Assembly: GCA_048885925.1 (NCBI GenBank)
Contig: JBHLLG010000002.1
Location: 77,569 to 141,568 of the forward strand
Origin: Candidatus Hermodarchaeota archaeon
Lineage (GTDB): Archaea; Asgardarchaeota; Lokiarchaeia; Sigyniarchaeales; SOKP01
Length of the DNA: 64,000 nucleotides
Direction of reading: 5' to 3'
Numbering within the stretch: the stretch's first letter is position 1; the number at the start of each line of letters is the position of its first letter. This document shows, in pieces, positions 45,017 to 55,156 of the stretch. Position numbers and translations under genes: made by a program. The notes below the pieces were generated by a model. It had not been told where the DNA came from. It saw only the letters and a list, made by a program, of their open reading frames with translations, and did no database searches.

Positions 45017-45382
45017 TCACGAGGTTTTAAGTTCTTCTATTTGACTTAAAATTTCTTGTAATTGATTATCTGTTAAAGTTTTACCGGTAAAACTTTTTTC
45101 TAATATCATTCGCAATTCATAAACGGTTTTTGGAAAAACATTCACAATGTTAATTGCATAGATTTCTTCAATGTTATAAGTATCCATTAAAAATTTCTTT
45201 ATTTTATTCGCTACTTTTGCATCACATTTCGCGAACTTATTTACATAGTTATATGTTATTTCTTGGAAATGAGACATTCCTTCTTCGGCATCAATTTCCA
45301 ACATTTGATCTTTTACATATTCCATTATTTCCTTTACTTCAGGAATAGAAACAGTTTTTTCGTCTATTTTTCTTCCAGACAT
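45017..45382 (-). CDS. rpoF: RNA polymerase subunit F (Rpo4)
   Basis: VSIPEVKEI, YVNKFAK, IVNVFPKTVYELR; conserved gene context. Confidence 0.9.
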   Translation of the reverse strand: MSGRKIDEKTVSIPEVKEIMEYVKDQMLEIDAEEGMSHFQEITYNYVNKFAKCDAKVANKIKKFLMDTYNIEEIYAINIVNVFPKTVYELRMILEKSFTGKTLTDNQLQEILSQIEELKTS

Positions 45383-45406
45383 TATAAATCATACAATTAA
45401 TGTTAA

Positions 45407-45712
45407 TTATTTTATAGAAACAGAATTTAATTTAAGGTGCTCCTTTCCAATTATTAAAGTTTTTTTAGAATTACCTAATTTTACTTCTACTAAATAACAT
45501 CGACCTCTCTGACCTATAACTGTACCAGTTCGTCCATGATATCTTGAATGGGGCATTCCTCGACTATGTTGAGAAGAATCAGTAATGATATCGACCTTAT
45601 CATTAATCTCATAATCAATTAAATATTTTTCAACAGAACCTAAGCCTCTATCACGAATATTTTTCCTATGTTTATGTCTGGTTTTCTTGCGATATCCCTT
45701 ATGTAGAGTAAT
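45407..45712 (-). CDS. rpl21e: 50S ribosomal protein L21e with non-canonical ATT start (missing from ORF track)
   Basis: xTLHKGYRKKTRHKHRK..RG....L..Y...DKVDI....H.RGMPHSRYHGRTGTVIGQRGRCY.VEV..G...KTLII..EHL, between pus10 and rpoF. No in-frame ATG/GTG/TTG upstream of the conserved N-terminus. SD AGGTGG 6 nt before the ATT. Confidence 0.95.
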   Translation of the reverse strand: MTLHKGYRKKTRHKHRKNIRDRGLGSVEKYLIDYEINDKVDIITDSSQHSRGMPHSRYHGRTGTVIGQRGRCYLVEVKLGNSKKTLIIGKEHLKLNSVSIK

Positions 45713-45804
45713 TTTAAGCCACCTTATAATTATATTAGTAGAAATATGAATTATTGTTTATTTATTTTTTGATTTTAGGGGATTTAGATTAGGTATATTT
45801 TATT

Positions 45805-47163
45805 TTAAAGTACTATTTCAATAACGTCTAATTCTATGCATTTTAAGGGAATTTTGAAAATTTCTGAGAAAGAAGGAGAAGTACGCCCATTATCACCATT
45901 TATAAGTTCTTTTATATAAGTACCACCTTGAGTTTCGATTTTAAATTCGAATAAATTTGATTTAATTAATTTCCCTTCGATTCTGTAAACGACCTTTTCT
46001 CTGACTTTATCAGTTCGACGATGAGACACTCTATATGGTGTTCTTTGAAAGATTTCTTGATTTTCGAATAATTTTTTCAAATCACTTACTTTTTGTTCAA
46101 AATTTTCTTTAGAAATCTTTCTATCAGTTTTTACGATGGCTTTATAGGTCTTTTTTGTTATTTTCGCTTCACTTTTAAGTTTGATTACTTCTTTCTTATC
46201 ACTATATCTTAAATTTTGAATCTTTACTTTCTTTTTACTACTCTTGTTAACATTTTTTTCTATGGTTTTTAAATCCAAATTTCGAATTTTTGGATTTCTT
46301 AATTCCAGAATAAAAGGTCTTCCTGATCCTAACATTCTCACATCAATGTCTTCTCTTCCTGCACCATGAAACTTTGAATCAATCGCTTTTGATTCTTTTA
46401 TAAACTCTGGATTTATTAGATCTTCTACACTTTCTAAATATTGTCTTCCTGAAAAGTTACATAACTCACAACCCTTTCCCAGACAACTATTACAATACCA
46501 ATGAGTTTGAGGTATTCCTCTTATGAGTTTATTATATCTTCCATAGATAAAAAGTGATTTTAAAGTTAATTCAATCTCAAATTTATCAAAATCCAAAAAG
46601 TATAAGATTAATACATCAGGTCGGTTGAATTCGGGACTCTTATTAAGAGTTTTCATTAAATTTTTCCCTATTATACGATTAAAATGACTTTTAAAAGATT
46701 CTGCTTCCAGAAGATTGAATTCTGTTTTAAACTTATCTTCGCGATTAATTATGTCGGAATCTGGCCTTGAACCAACCAAAAAACTAGTGAATTCGATCTC
46801 TTCGAGTAATTGCTCAGTTTTACGAATGAATTTTTCTAGATTTGAAAAAATTTCGTTGCATAAATAACAGACATCTTTTAAATCCTTGTTTATATAATTA
46901 AGTCCTTCATTACTTAAAACCCTTTGAGCTGGTGCATATTTTGCATTTTCTGCTAATAATTTCAAATTATTTAGTGCTTCTTTTTGTAGGAGTTCATTTT
47001 CATTCAAATACTTTCTATGATTCTCCATAGTTATTGTAAGTAATAAGGAATTACCTCTTTCATAGTTGGTGGTATTTGTTCCTAGGAGAGCAAACATTCT
47101 ACCTAGACAATGAAGACATATATAGTATTTTTGATAAATTTCTATAACTTTGTTAAAAATCAT
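45805..47163 (-). CDS. pus10: tRNA pseudouridine(54/55) synthase Pus10
   Basis: C..CLGRMFA, GRYNKL.RGIPQT.W, FHGAGREDIDVRMLGSGRPF, GGTYIKEL. Confidence 0.96.
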   Translation of the reverse strand: MIFNKVIEIYQKYYICLHCLGRMFALLGTNTTNYERGNSLLLTITMENHRKYLNENELLQKEALNNLKLLAENAKYAPAQRVLSNEGLNYINKDLKDVCYLCNEIFSNLEKFIRKTEQLLEEIEFTSFLVGSRPDSDIINREDKFKTEFNLLEAESFKSHFNRIIGKNLMKTLNKSPEFNRPDVLILYFLDFDKFEIELTLKSLFIYGRYNKLIRGIPQTHWYCNSCLGKGCELCNFSGRQYLESVEDLINPEFIKESKAIDSKFHGAGREDIDVRMLGSGRPFILELRNPKIRNLDLKTIEKNVNKSSKKKVKIQNLRYSDKKEVIKLKSEAKITKKTYKAIVKTDRKISKENFEQKVSDLKKLFENQEIFQRTPYRVSHRRTDKVREKVVYRIEGKLIKSNLFEFKIETQGGTYIKELINGDNGRTSPSFSEIFKIPLKCIELDVIEIVL

Positions 47164-47349
47164 TCTTATATATATTGAATAATAGATGATTTATTGAGTT
47201 TATTAAGAAAGTAAAGTGTTGTAAAAAAATTTTAAAATAAAAATTTATTTTTCTATATAATTTCAATTGATTTTACTCAAAAATAATTTCTCAGGTATTT
47301 GTACCATTTTTTATTTTGGTAGAGAAAATTAAATAAAAGAGAGATATAC

Positions 47350-47604
47350 ATGGCAAAAAAGAAACAAAATAGTTCTAAAATAGTATCTGGACATGTTAAA
47401 TGGTTTGATGCAAAAAAGGGTTATGGTTTTATCAGTGTCGAAGATCGTAATGACATTTTTGTCCATTTTTCAAATATAGATATGCAGGGCTTCCGGAAAC
47501 TAGATATGGGAGATGAAGTCGAATTTGAGATGAAAGAGTCCAAAGATAGAAAAGGTCCTGAAGCTTTAAAGGTAAAAGTTATCTCAAAAGACAGAAGATA
47601 TTAG
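47350..47604 (+). CDS. Cold-shock domain protein (CspA family)
   Basis: GHVKWFDAKKGYGFI, DIFVHFS, GPEA. Confidence 0.95.
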   Translation: MAKKKQNSSKIVSGHVKWFDAKKGYGFISVEDRNDIFVHFSNIDMQGFRKLDMGDEVEFEMKESKDRKGPEALKVKVISKDRRY

Positions 47605-47686
47605 ACTTATTTTCTAAAAATTGAGTTCATATTCTTTATTTCAGTTATAATTTTCATTAAAACTCTACTTTGGCACCATAAAAATT

Positions 47687-48724
47687 TTACGAAAGAAGAA
47701 TTTCAAACTGACAGACATTATCTCCCTTAATAAGAGTTTTTAATATATTGATTCTTACGGATTTTCCAAGAATTCCTTCCCAATATTGACGATACCAACC
47801 CGCACTACAATTACAAAAGGTAGGAGATATTTTTTCATTTAAAAAATTTTTTACCAAAGGACAATGACAATAATATTTTTTCTTTTCATCATCAGTAGTA
47901 GCTTTTTCATACCCTTCTTTGTTATAAGGAACTTTTTGTACAAAAATAGTATTACCTTTTCTTTTTTGCCCTTCATACCATGCAAAATCTTTATCCATTT
48001 CTCTAATTACTTCATCTATATCTTTATTTTTTTCGTAAATTGATTTCAATTTATCAATTCTTTTTTGTGAAAATACATGAGCACAACAAGATAAAATTTC
48101 GTATTTTTGATAATCATTTGCAATCTTGTCTAATTTATTTAAAACCTGCTTAATCCACTGAAATTTTTCATCTAATGTGGACTCTAACGTAAATAATTCA
48201 TCTCTACCTTTCATAATATTCATTCTTACGTCTTCATCAAGAACCCTCTCTAAATTAGTCGCTAATTTTTCATCCCATCCATGTAAAATTGCTTGAATTT
48301 CTATTTTATTATCATTTTGATTTTTTTCTTCAAATTTATCAAATATTAATCTTATCCAGCTTGTTCCTAATACACCATAGGTATGTAAATAATTAAATAA
48401 TTTTTGCGCACTTTTTCCTAATTCATTATATAGACCATAGTGATTAATAGACAAAACTTCTACTTCTTCAAGATATTTTTTATTAATTTTCAATTTCTCC
48501 GAATTTTTTGAAATTGGGAAACATATATCAATATCTTGACCACCTTCACTAAAAACACCATAATCTATTACAGCAATAGCGGGTTTAGAGACATAATTTT
48601 TATATTTTTGATATAAATCTTCCAATTTTGACGGAATGTCTTTTATCTCTCCTCGGAAATTACCATATAATACAAATTTTTTTTCAATTTTTTTGGATGA
48701 AATTCCTAATGCTTGAAGATCCAT
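47687..48724 (-). CDS. GyrI-like effector-binding domain fused to a Cys-rich V4R/DUF6144-like domain
   Basis: N-terminal DIDICFP..VLSINHYG.Y..L (GyrI-like); C-terminal CCA, YCHCP, FCNCSAGW, GDNVCQF. Confidence 0.7.
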   Translation of the reverse strand: MDLQALGISSKKIEKKFVLYGNFRGEIKDIPSKLEDLYQKYKNYVSKPAIAVIDYGVFSEGGQDIDICFPISKNSEKLKINKKYLEEVEVLSINHYGLYNELGKSAQKLFNYLHTYGVLGTSWIRLIFDKFEEKNQNDNKIEIQAILHGWDEKLATNLERVLDEDVRMNIMKGRDELFTLESTLDEKFQWIKQVLNKLDKIANDYQKYEILSCCAHVFSQKRIDKLKSIYEKNKDIDEVIREMDKDFAWYEGQKRKGNTIFVQKVPYNKEGYEKATTDDEKKKYYCHCPLVKNFLNEKISPTFCNCSAGWYRQYWEGILGKSVRINILKTLIKGDNVCQFEILLS

Positions 48725-48898
48725 TTTAAAATAATTTTATATTTTCCATATTTATGTTCTATTATATGTTTTTGATGAATATCATTTTTTATTTTAAATT
48801 TATTCAATTATTATTAATTTTATGAGATATTTTGAATCTTTAAATCTAATCTTTAATATTTTGAAACAATAAAAAAAAAGAAAGGAAGTTTTATTATA

Positions 48899-50260
48899 TT
48901 ATTTTTTCTCCCATTCAAAATCCAATCTAACATATTTCTTAGTATAGAAGTAAGAGAGGAGTAATATAACAGAAACAACTGGACCAAAAATGATTAATCC
49001 TATTGAATAGGAAAAATCTCCTGTAGGGTTTATATCAGGCAAAGAAAAGATAGTCCCTATAAAGAAAGCTCCAGCCGCTTGGAAAATGTTAAGTATTATT
49101 GAAGGAAATCCAGCATAGATCCCTGCTTTTAAATCTCCTGTTGATTTCTCATCATCTTCAGCTATATCTGCATAAACTATATATGGAAATAAATACCAAC
49201 CGGCTAAACTTGTTGCAACTAAAATTATAAATATTATTCCGATTATTAAGTAAGAATCCATTGGAATTAGGCTAAGGAATGTTATTGGAAGAGTAATTAC
49301 TGCTAAAAGAAAAACATATAATAATGTCTTTTTTTTACCTAATTTCTCTATTGATCTTCGCCACATATATAAAAAGATGAATATAGTCAAAAGTAAACAT
49401 GCTGCAGCAATAGCATAATCTACTAATCCTAGATTTAAGGCATCATTAAGATATTTCAACATTCCTGTACTTAACATCGACCAACCTAAACCTGAAATCC
49501 CTATCATTAAAACTATTAACATAAAGTTCTTATTTTTGATAATTGTCTTTAAATTTTCTCTCAAATTTGTATTAATTTTATAATGAGGCTCTGTAGGGAT
49601 TTTAAATGTAATATAATAAAACAATAGGACTATTAGAACTCCAAAGAATATTATGGGTATTAAAAAGTCAACGGGAATAGCGATATTTACATCTCCCGCT
49701 TCCTCTATATCATCTATATAACTAGTTAAAATAAGCATTGAAAAAATAGCCATAGTAGTATTACCAATCCAGTTAAAGTAATTCTGAAATTGAGAGGCCT
49801 CTGGCCTTTCATTTACGGGAAATATTTCTGCCATCCATGCTTGGTATGGAGTAGTTACAGAATAACTCATTCGAAACATAATTTCCCATATCAACATCCA
49901 CAGAAATAATGTCTTTTTATCTGTTAGATCAATAACTAAAGCGGGTAACAATAAAAAAATTGTGGAAATTGCTAATATAGGAGCAAAAATTATAAGATAT
50001 GGTTTTCTTCTGCCCCAACGTGTATATTTCGCATCACTTAGCCAACCAAACAGAAATTGACAGAGTGCTATAGTTAAATACCCCATCGCTATTGAAAATC
50101 CTGCTAGAAATGGCTCTAATCCATATCCGCTTGTATATAATGTGAGTAAAGCCCATCCTTCAATACCAAGTACTATTGAGGTACTTAATCTAGGAGAACC
50201 ATATAAGATTTTCCGGTTTTTGTTTGTTGTTTCTCTTCTAATTTGTTCAGTTTCACTCAT
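48899..50260 (-). CDS. MFS transporter, GPH/MelB-like
   Basis: FGWLSD..TRWGRRKPY, PYQA..AE, ADIAEDDE..TG...AGIY. Confidence 0.9.
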   Translation of the reverse strand: MSETEQIRRETTNKNRKILYGSPRLSTSIVLGIEGWALLTLYTSGYGLEPFLAGFSIAMGYLTIALCQFLFGWLSDAKYTRWGRRKPYLIIFAPILAISTIFLLLPALVIDLTDKKTLFLWMLIWEIMFRMSYSVTTPYQAWMAEIFPVNERPEASQFQNYFNWIGNTTMAIFSMLILTSYIDDIEEAGDVNIAIPVDFLIPIIFFGVLIVLLFYYITFKIPTEPHYKINTNLRENLKTIIKNKNFMLIVLMIGISGLGWSMLSTGMLKYLNDALNLGLVDYAIAAACLLLTIFIFLYMWRRSIEKLGKKKTLLYVFLLAVITLPITFLSLIPMDSYLIIGIIFIILVATSLAGWYLFPYIVYADIAEDDEKSTGDLKAGIYAGFPSIILNIFQAAGAFFIGTIFSLPDINPTGDFSYSIGLIIFGPVVSVILLLSYFYTKKYVRLDFEWEKK

Positions 50261-50419
50261 AATGATTCACAAATAAACTTTAATATTTTTTTATTTTTTA
50301 ACAGTTAAATTTGGATAAATATAGATTAGAAAATACACTATTTAAAGATTTATTTTAGTTAATAAGGATTAATAAGATGAGGTTAATTAAATAGCAAATA
50401 TTAAAATTTAATAGTTAGG

Positions 50420-51418
50420 TTAATCTTCTTGATCCCATCCAAGATCTTTTAAAACGGAACCTAATGCTTCAGATTCTTCTTCTAGTACAAATTCAGTTTC
50501 ATATTCAGATGCAGAAACCTCCGAATCAAAATCTGGTGGAGTTAATTCTTCAAATGACGGTAATTCATCAGAAGGTGTTAAATCTGCAACAGGTTCTTGA
50601 GTCTTGGGAATCATTTTAGGAACTTCTGAAATTTGCTCAGAAATAGGTTCATCTTCAATTTCCATTGGAGTATAATCATCAAGAGGTATAGGGGGAACTT
50701 CATCCTCATAAACTTTAAAATCAGATTGAATTTCGCTAGCTACACTTTTAGAGATCTGAGTAGTTTCAAATTCAGCAATTCCTTTTACTTCTTTATCAAT
50801 TCCAAGACCAACTGATTTTGGAATTGAAACAATCCCGCTTTCAGTTGTTGCTTCAAGCTCCTCAAATTCTTCATCTTCTTTTTCCCAATTATCCAAAAAA
50901 CCTAATAAATCATCTAGCGCTGCTTTGTCTTGTGCCATCGATGGTTTAATTTTAACACTAACTTCTTCTACCTTTTGCTTTTCAATCTTCTCAATTTCGG
51001 ATTCTTCAAGGGAAAGCATCATTTCTGTTTCTTTATCACCCGAAATAAGTCTATTCAATTTTCTTGCTAATACTCTTAGATATCCCAAATAATAACCAAT
51101 ATGATAAATCGCTCTAAGACCTCCAAAAACGATGTACTCTTCATTAATTGCCATTAGAATACTATAACCAGAAGTATTGTGTAAAACAATTTCTGTTAAA
51201 GCTCCGTGAACAGTGGCTTGATTCAACCTTAGTCCTAAATCAATTAAAGCCGTACTTGAAGCAGAAGTCGCATCAGCATCTAATTCTGAAGAAGTTGAGC
51301 TAGCGACTTTCATTCCTACACGAGATAATACAGCAAGATTTTCTAAATCAGTTTTATTTTCCTCTTCTCTTAAAACTAACATCATTTTATTACGAATATC
51401 TTCTGCTAATGAGGACAA
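50420..51418 (-). CDS. Roadblock/LC7 domain protein with long acidic disordered tail
   Basis: N-terminal AVLSRVGMKVAS..SA...AL.....L......GALTEIVLH...GYSILM; about 200-aa D/E/P-rich tail; TTG start with GGAGG. Confidence 0.8.
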   Translation of the reverse strand: MSSLAEDIRNKMMLVLREEENKTDLENLAVLSRVGMKVASSTSSELDADATSASSTALIDLGLRLNQATVHGALTEIVLHNTSGYSILMAINEEYIVFGGLRAIYHIGYYLGYLRVLARKLNRLISGDKETEMMLSLEESEIEKIEKQKVEEVSVKIKPSMAQDKAALDDLLGFLDNWEKEDEEFEELEATTESGIVSIPKSVGLGIDKEVKGIAEFETTQISKSVASEIQSDFKVYEDEVPPIPLDDYTPMEIEDEPISEQISEVPKMIPKTQEPVADLTPSDELPSFEELTPPDFDSEVSASEYETEFVLEEESEALGSVLKDLGWDQED

Positions 51419-51518
51419 TTACTTTCCCTCCTTGGTGAAATATCAATTTAAAAAAGTATTTTTTAGTTTAGATTTATGTATTAATAGAAAGTTCATTTTA
51501 ATATATTTTATTATTACT

Positions 51519-52229
51519 TTATTTTAAAAATTTCAATATATTTGATTGAGTTGGAATAGATTTTTCAAATTTTTCGAAAGAATAACCTGATATTTCTGTA
51601 ATCAAATCCATCATTTTGGTAATTACTTCTTCTGGAATTAAATTCTCTGTGTCAATCATAAAAACATTCCTTTTAGGTAATAGAAATTGTTTGTAATATG
51701 AAAGAATAGTTAGCAGGTAATCTTTATCTTCCTCATTCCATTCCCTTCTAATTTTATCTAGAGAACCTCTTTGAATAATTCTTTTCAAAATAGTATTTGG
51801 TTCAGCATATAAGTAAAAAATGCAATTTTCTTTCCAGTCAATAGAGTTATATGTGTCTAAAATAAGATTATAATCTTTTTCTTTTAAATTCAAGCTCTTT
51901 GAATATATTAAAACACACATTGGGGTTCGATCTAAAATTATTATTCTACCATTATATCTATTATCAAATTTTACAATATTTTGATTACGTTTTATAAGTT
52001 GTTGTAGAAAATGAAGCTCACTCCGAAAACCAATTTGTTTATTTGGAGATCCAAATGGAAAAGGTGGCTTTTTTACATATCTTTCAGGAAAGAATTTAAA
52101 TTTATTATTATCTTCGACTGATTTCTTAAATAGATTGAATATTGTAGTTTTTCCTACACCGTGAGCTCCAGCAAGGGAAATAACAATGTTATCTTTACTT
52201 CCTTTATTTCTATAAAAAGTTTTATTCAA
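51519..52229 (-). CDS. Deoxynucleoside/thymidylate kinase-like P-loop kinase
   Basis: GAHGVGKTT, ILDR, YLYA....ILKRI.QRG. Confidence 0.8.
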   Translation of the reverse strand: MNKTFYRNKGSKDNIVISLAGAHGVGKTTIFNLFKKSVEDNNKFKFFPERYVKKPPFPFGSPNKQIGFRSELHFLQQLIKRNQNIVKFDNRYNGRIIILDRTPMCVLIYSKSLNLKEKDYNLILDTYNSIDWKENCIFYLYAEPNTILKRIIQRGSLDKIRREWNEEDKDYLLTILSYYKQFLLPKRNVFMIDTENLIPEEVITKMMDLITEISGYSFEKFEKSIPTQSNILKFLK

Positions 52230-52356
52230 TCTAATTTACTCCATATTAACAAAAATATATCGTATAGAAATAATAAAAGCTTTTTTAACTCTAGGGAGAT
52301 TATTGATTTTTCTTATTATTAAAATTTTATATTTAGGTGGTAATGAATAATTGAGA

Positions 52357-53421
52357 TTAAATAAAAATTAGTATCATTATAACAATGTTATAAGAAATAT
52401 TTGCTGTAATAGTACTGAATATATTTCGATTCGATACTTCAAAAACAACACCTAATATTGTAAATACGATAAAATTTAAAAAGAAAAAACTTACTCCCAT
52501 TGGAAATGAAAATAATAGCATAATAAGGGAGTATGCTAAGGCAACTATAAGAATTACATAGATATCATTTTTAAATTTTTGTTTTAATGTATGGTGTAAA
52601 ACTCCTCTAAACACAATTTCAGAAGAAATTACCCCAGTACAAAGTAAAACCGTTAATAGTATAATCCACAATATATCGGCATTTAAAATAATCTGATTCT
52701 GCTCTTCAATACTTGCTTCTATGTTAAAAAAATCTAAACCAGCATCAGAAATGAATTGGAGAAAAGAAGCATTTAAAAAATTTATCAAAACTAGAATTGT
52801 TGTGCCTAGAATTCCAATAATTATAGCAATTATAATTTTTTTTGAATTAAAATTAAAACCAAGTTTAGAAAAACTATGCTTTTTATTATAGATATACCAG
52901 ATTGGATACAATCCAAATACTAATTCAGGAATTTGACTTAAAAGGATTAATTGGATATTCATATCATAGTCATCAGAACCTAACTGGAACGATATAATAG
53001 TAAAGAGCAAAAAAAATACAATCACTAATATGTAAATACACGTTCCAAATACATTTATACCTTCTTTTAAATTCCAAGTATCTTTCTTTAGTAAAAATTT
53101 TTGTTCAAGCTCAAGCTTTTTACTTGTAAAAATTAGTCCCGGTTTCTTTTGAGCTAGAGCTTTTTTAACTTCAGATAATTTTTCTAATTCCGCATTACAT
53201 ATTGGACACTGATCTAAAATAGTTGAGGTTATGATAGATCCACAACTAGGACATTTTCTTGAAATATCTAACTTTTGAGCAGTCATAATTTTCGGTGTCT
53301 TTTTTGTTGGTTCAATCTTTAAGACTAATTTACCACATTTAGGACAATAAGCCTTATCTTCTTCAATTACAGACCCACAATAAACACAATATTTTATCTT
53401 TCTCTCAATATCTTTTGACAT
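52357..53421 (-). CDS. Double zinc ribbon + CPBP-like membrane domain (probably inactive protease)
   Basis: CVYCG..CPKCG and CPSCG..CPIC; SSEIVFRG in place of EExxxR, and both His motifs are missing (AYSLIM, TANISYN). Confidence 0.75.
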   Translation of the reverse strand: MSKDIERKIKYCVYCGSVIEEDKAYCPKCGKLVLKIEPTKKTPKIMTAQKLDISRKCPSCGSIITSTILDQCPICNAELEKLSEVKKALAQKKPGLIFTSKKLELEQKFLLKKDTWNLKEGINVFGTCIYILVIVFFLLFTIISFQLGSDDYDMNIQLILLSQIPELVFGLYPIWYIYNKKHSFSKLGFNFNSKKIIIAIIIGILGTTILVLINFLNASFLQFISDAGLDFFNIEASIEEQNQIILNADILWIILLTVLLCTGVISSEIVFRGVLHHTLKQKFKNDIYVILIVALAYSLIMLLFSFPMGVSFFFLNFIVFTILGVVFEVSNRNIFSTITANISYNIVIMILIFI

Positions 53422-53554
53422 AACTCTAATTCTAAATAAAGATCTTTTTCATAATAATTTTGTTAAATATATAAACTAAAAATTATATAATTTTTGCTTA
53501 CATATTATTCATTTAATTGAATATCAATATTGGTAATTGGAAAGAGAATTTGTA

Positions 53555-53932
53555 ATGTTAAAAAAAATTTTCAAGAATAGAATTAATGAAATATATGATA
53601 AATATAAAGATAAAAACACTTTAATTGCTGATGACATGGCTAACTTTTTAGGGTTGGAATCATTAGGTGTCTGGAAAGTTCGTGGAAACGGAGTTTTATT
53701 ACTTACACAAGAAGAATTGTTTTTTGGGATTTGGAAACCTAAAAAAGAACTAAGTATACCTGTCAAATCTATTAATGAGTTTACAAATCCTAAATCACAT
53801 TTATACAGGTCAGTATTTAAGCCTCTTTTAAAAGTAATATTTAGAAATGAAAATGGAGAAAAAGATTCGGCTGCATGGTATGTACGTAATTTAGAAAAAT
53901 GGAATGAAATTCTTAATGATTTAATAAATTAA
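53555..53932 (+). CDS. Hypothetical protein, probable PH-like fold
   Basis: ANFLG.ES.G..VRGNGVLLLT..ELFF...ELSIP...I..L.V.F......DSAAWYV....W. Confidence 0.65.
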   Translation: MLKKIFKNRINEIYDKYKDKNTLIADDMANFLGLESLGVWKVRGNGVLLLTQEELFFGIWKPKKELSIPVKSINEFTNPKSHLYRSVFKPLLKVIFRNENGEKDSAAWYVRNLEKWNEILNDLIN

Positions 53933-53934
53933 GG

Positions 53935-55155
53935 TTAATAATTGAATTTTTTCTTTTCAATATCTATTAACTCTCTTTCACTTTCTTGCTTGATTCTTTT
54001 AACAGGTTTAAACTCATCAAATGGTGTTTCACAGACCCAACACATATTTTCCAAACTACTTAATGCTTTTGAACATTTATTACAGTATAGAGCTTTACAT
54101 TCTGGACATATATATGTTATTCTACCAACTTCTCCTTTGCAGACTAAGCAAATTCCTTTTTCTTTCGAAATGGACACTTCTTCTTCAGTGATTTTTCGTG
54201 GTTTTGTAAATATTCCTAAAATATTAGATTTATCAACTTCGCTTTCTAAGGTGTCATCTAATAAAACTTGTTTTTTAATACTTGTTAAAATTTTATTCAA
54301 CATCAATAATAGAACAGTGACAAGTAGAAAGCCAAATATCAATTCTGTTAAAATAAATAAACTAAATTCAAAAACAATTAGTGCATATAAAAATAATATC
54401 ATGACAATACATATTAGACTTAAACATATTACCCCTATAGTAATCCAATAATGTTTTGCTTTAACTAAAAACTCTGATTTAATAACTATTGGAGACAGAG
54501 AAATTAAACCTCCTAGAATACAGAGAATAGGTGAAAGAGGTAAAAAAATTGCGATATTAAGAGTTCTTAAATCTCCATTAAAAAGGATTATACTTACACC
54601 AAATAAAATTAATCCAAACAATAAGAGAGAAGAGACTGCTTTGAATTCAAGGCTAGATATTCTCGTTAGATAAAAAAAGATAAACATCGTGGATATATTA
54701 CTGTATATAAATATTAAAAGCCAAGAATAGCCTGATAAGGAAGGTAAAAAAATTCTAAATAAAAGTAATCCAGATTGAATAATTGTAAGAAGGTATTTAG
54801 TCTGTTTCTGTATTAATTCAAAAGTGAAAAAAAATATTCCGAATCCAATAGAATATGCAATTTCTCCGAATACATAAATCATCATATGTTCTGGTGTAAA
54901 TCCTTGATCAAAATCAACATATAGTGCATTATTAATATAGGTTCCAGAATATGACAGACTAAATAAGTAAAAAGCCAAAAAATATAATGCATAGCCTATT
55001 ATATAACTTGTAAAACCATATAAAAAGATTTTTTCATCATGACGTTCCATGCGTTTGCCCTTAATAAGATATATAATACTACTAGCGAAAATTATTGTAA
55101 GTGCTACACCCCATAAGGTACGTTCTACAGGATCCCATCCCAGGACTTCTACCAC
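53935..55155 (-). CDS. Multi-TM protein with C-terminal RING-like C4C4 zinc finger (Lokiarchaeia-type)
   Basis: About 9 TM helices followed by KPRKITEEEVSISKEKGICLVCK..YICPEC..YC..C...ENMCWVC. Confidence 0.8.
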   Translation of the reverse strand: MVEVLGWDPVERTLWGVALTIIFASSIIYLIKGKRMERHDEKIFLYGFTSYIIGYALYFLAFYLFSLSYSGTYINNALYVDFDQGFTPEHMMIYVFGEIAYSIGFGIFFFTFELIQKQTKYLLTIIQSGLLLFRIFLPSLSGYSWLLIFIYSNISTMFIFFYLTRISSLEFKAVSSLLLFGLILFGVSIILFNGDLRTLNIAIFLPLSPILCILGGLISLSPIVIKSEFLVKAKHYWITIGVICLSLICIVMILFLYALIVFEFSLFILTELIFGFLLVTVLLLMLNKILTSIKKQVLLDDTLESEVDKSNILGIFTKPRKITEEEVSISKEKGICLVCKGEVGRITYICPECKALYCNKCSKALSSLENMCWVCETPFDEFKPVKRIKQESERELIDIEKKKFNY

Positions 55156-55156
55156 T

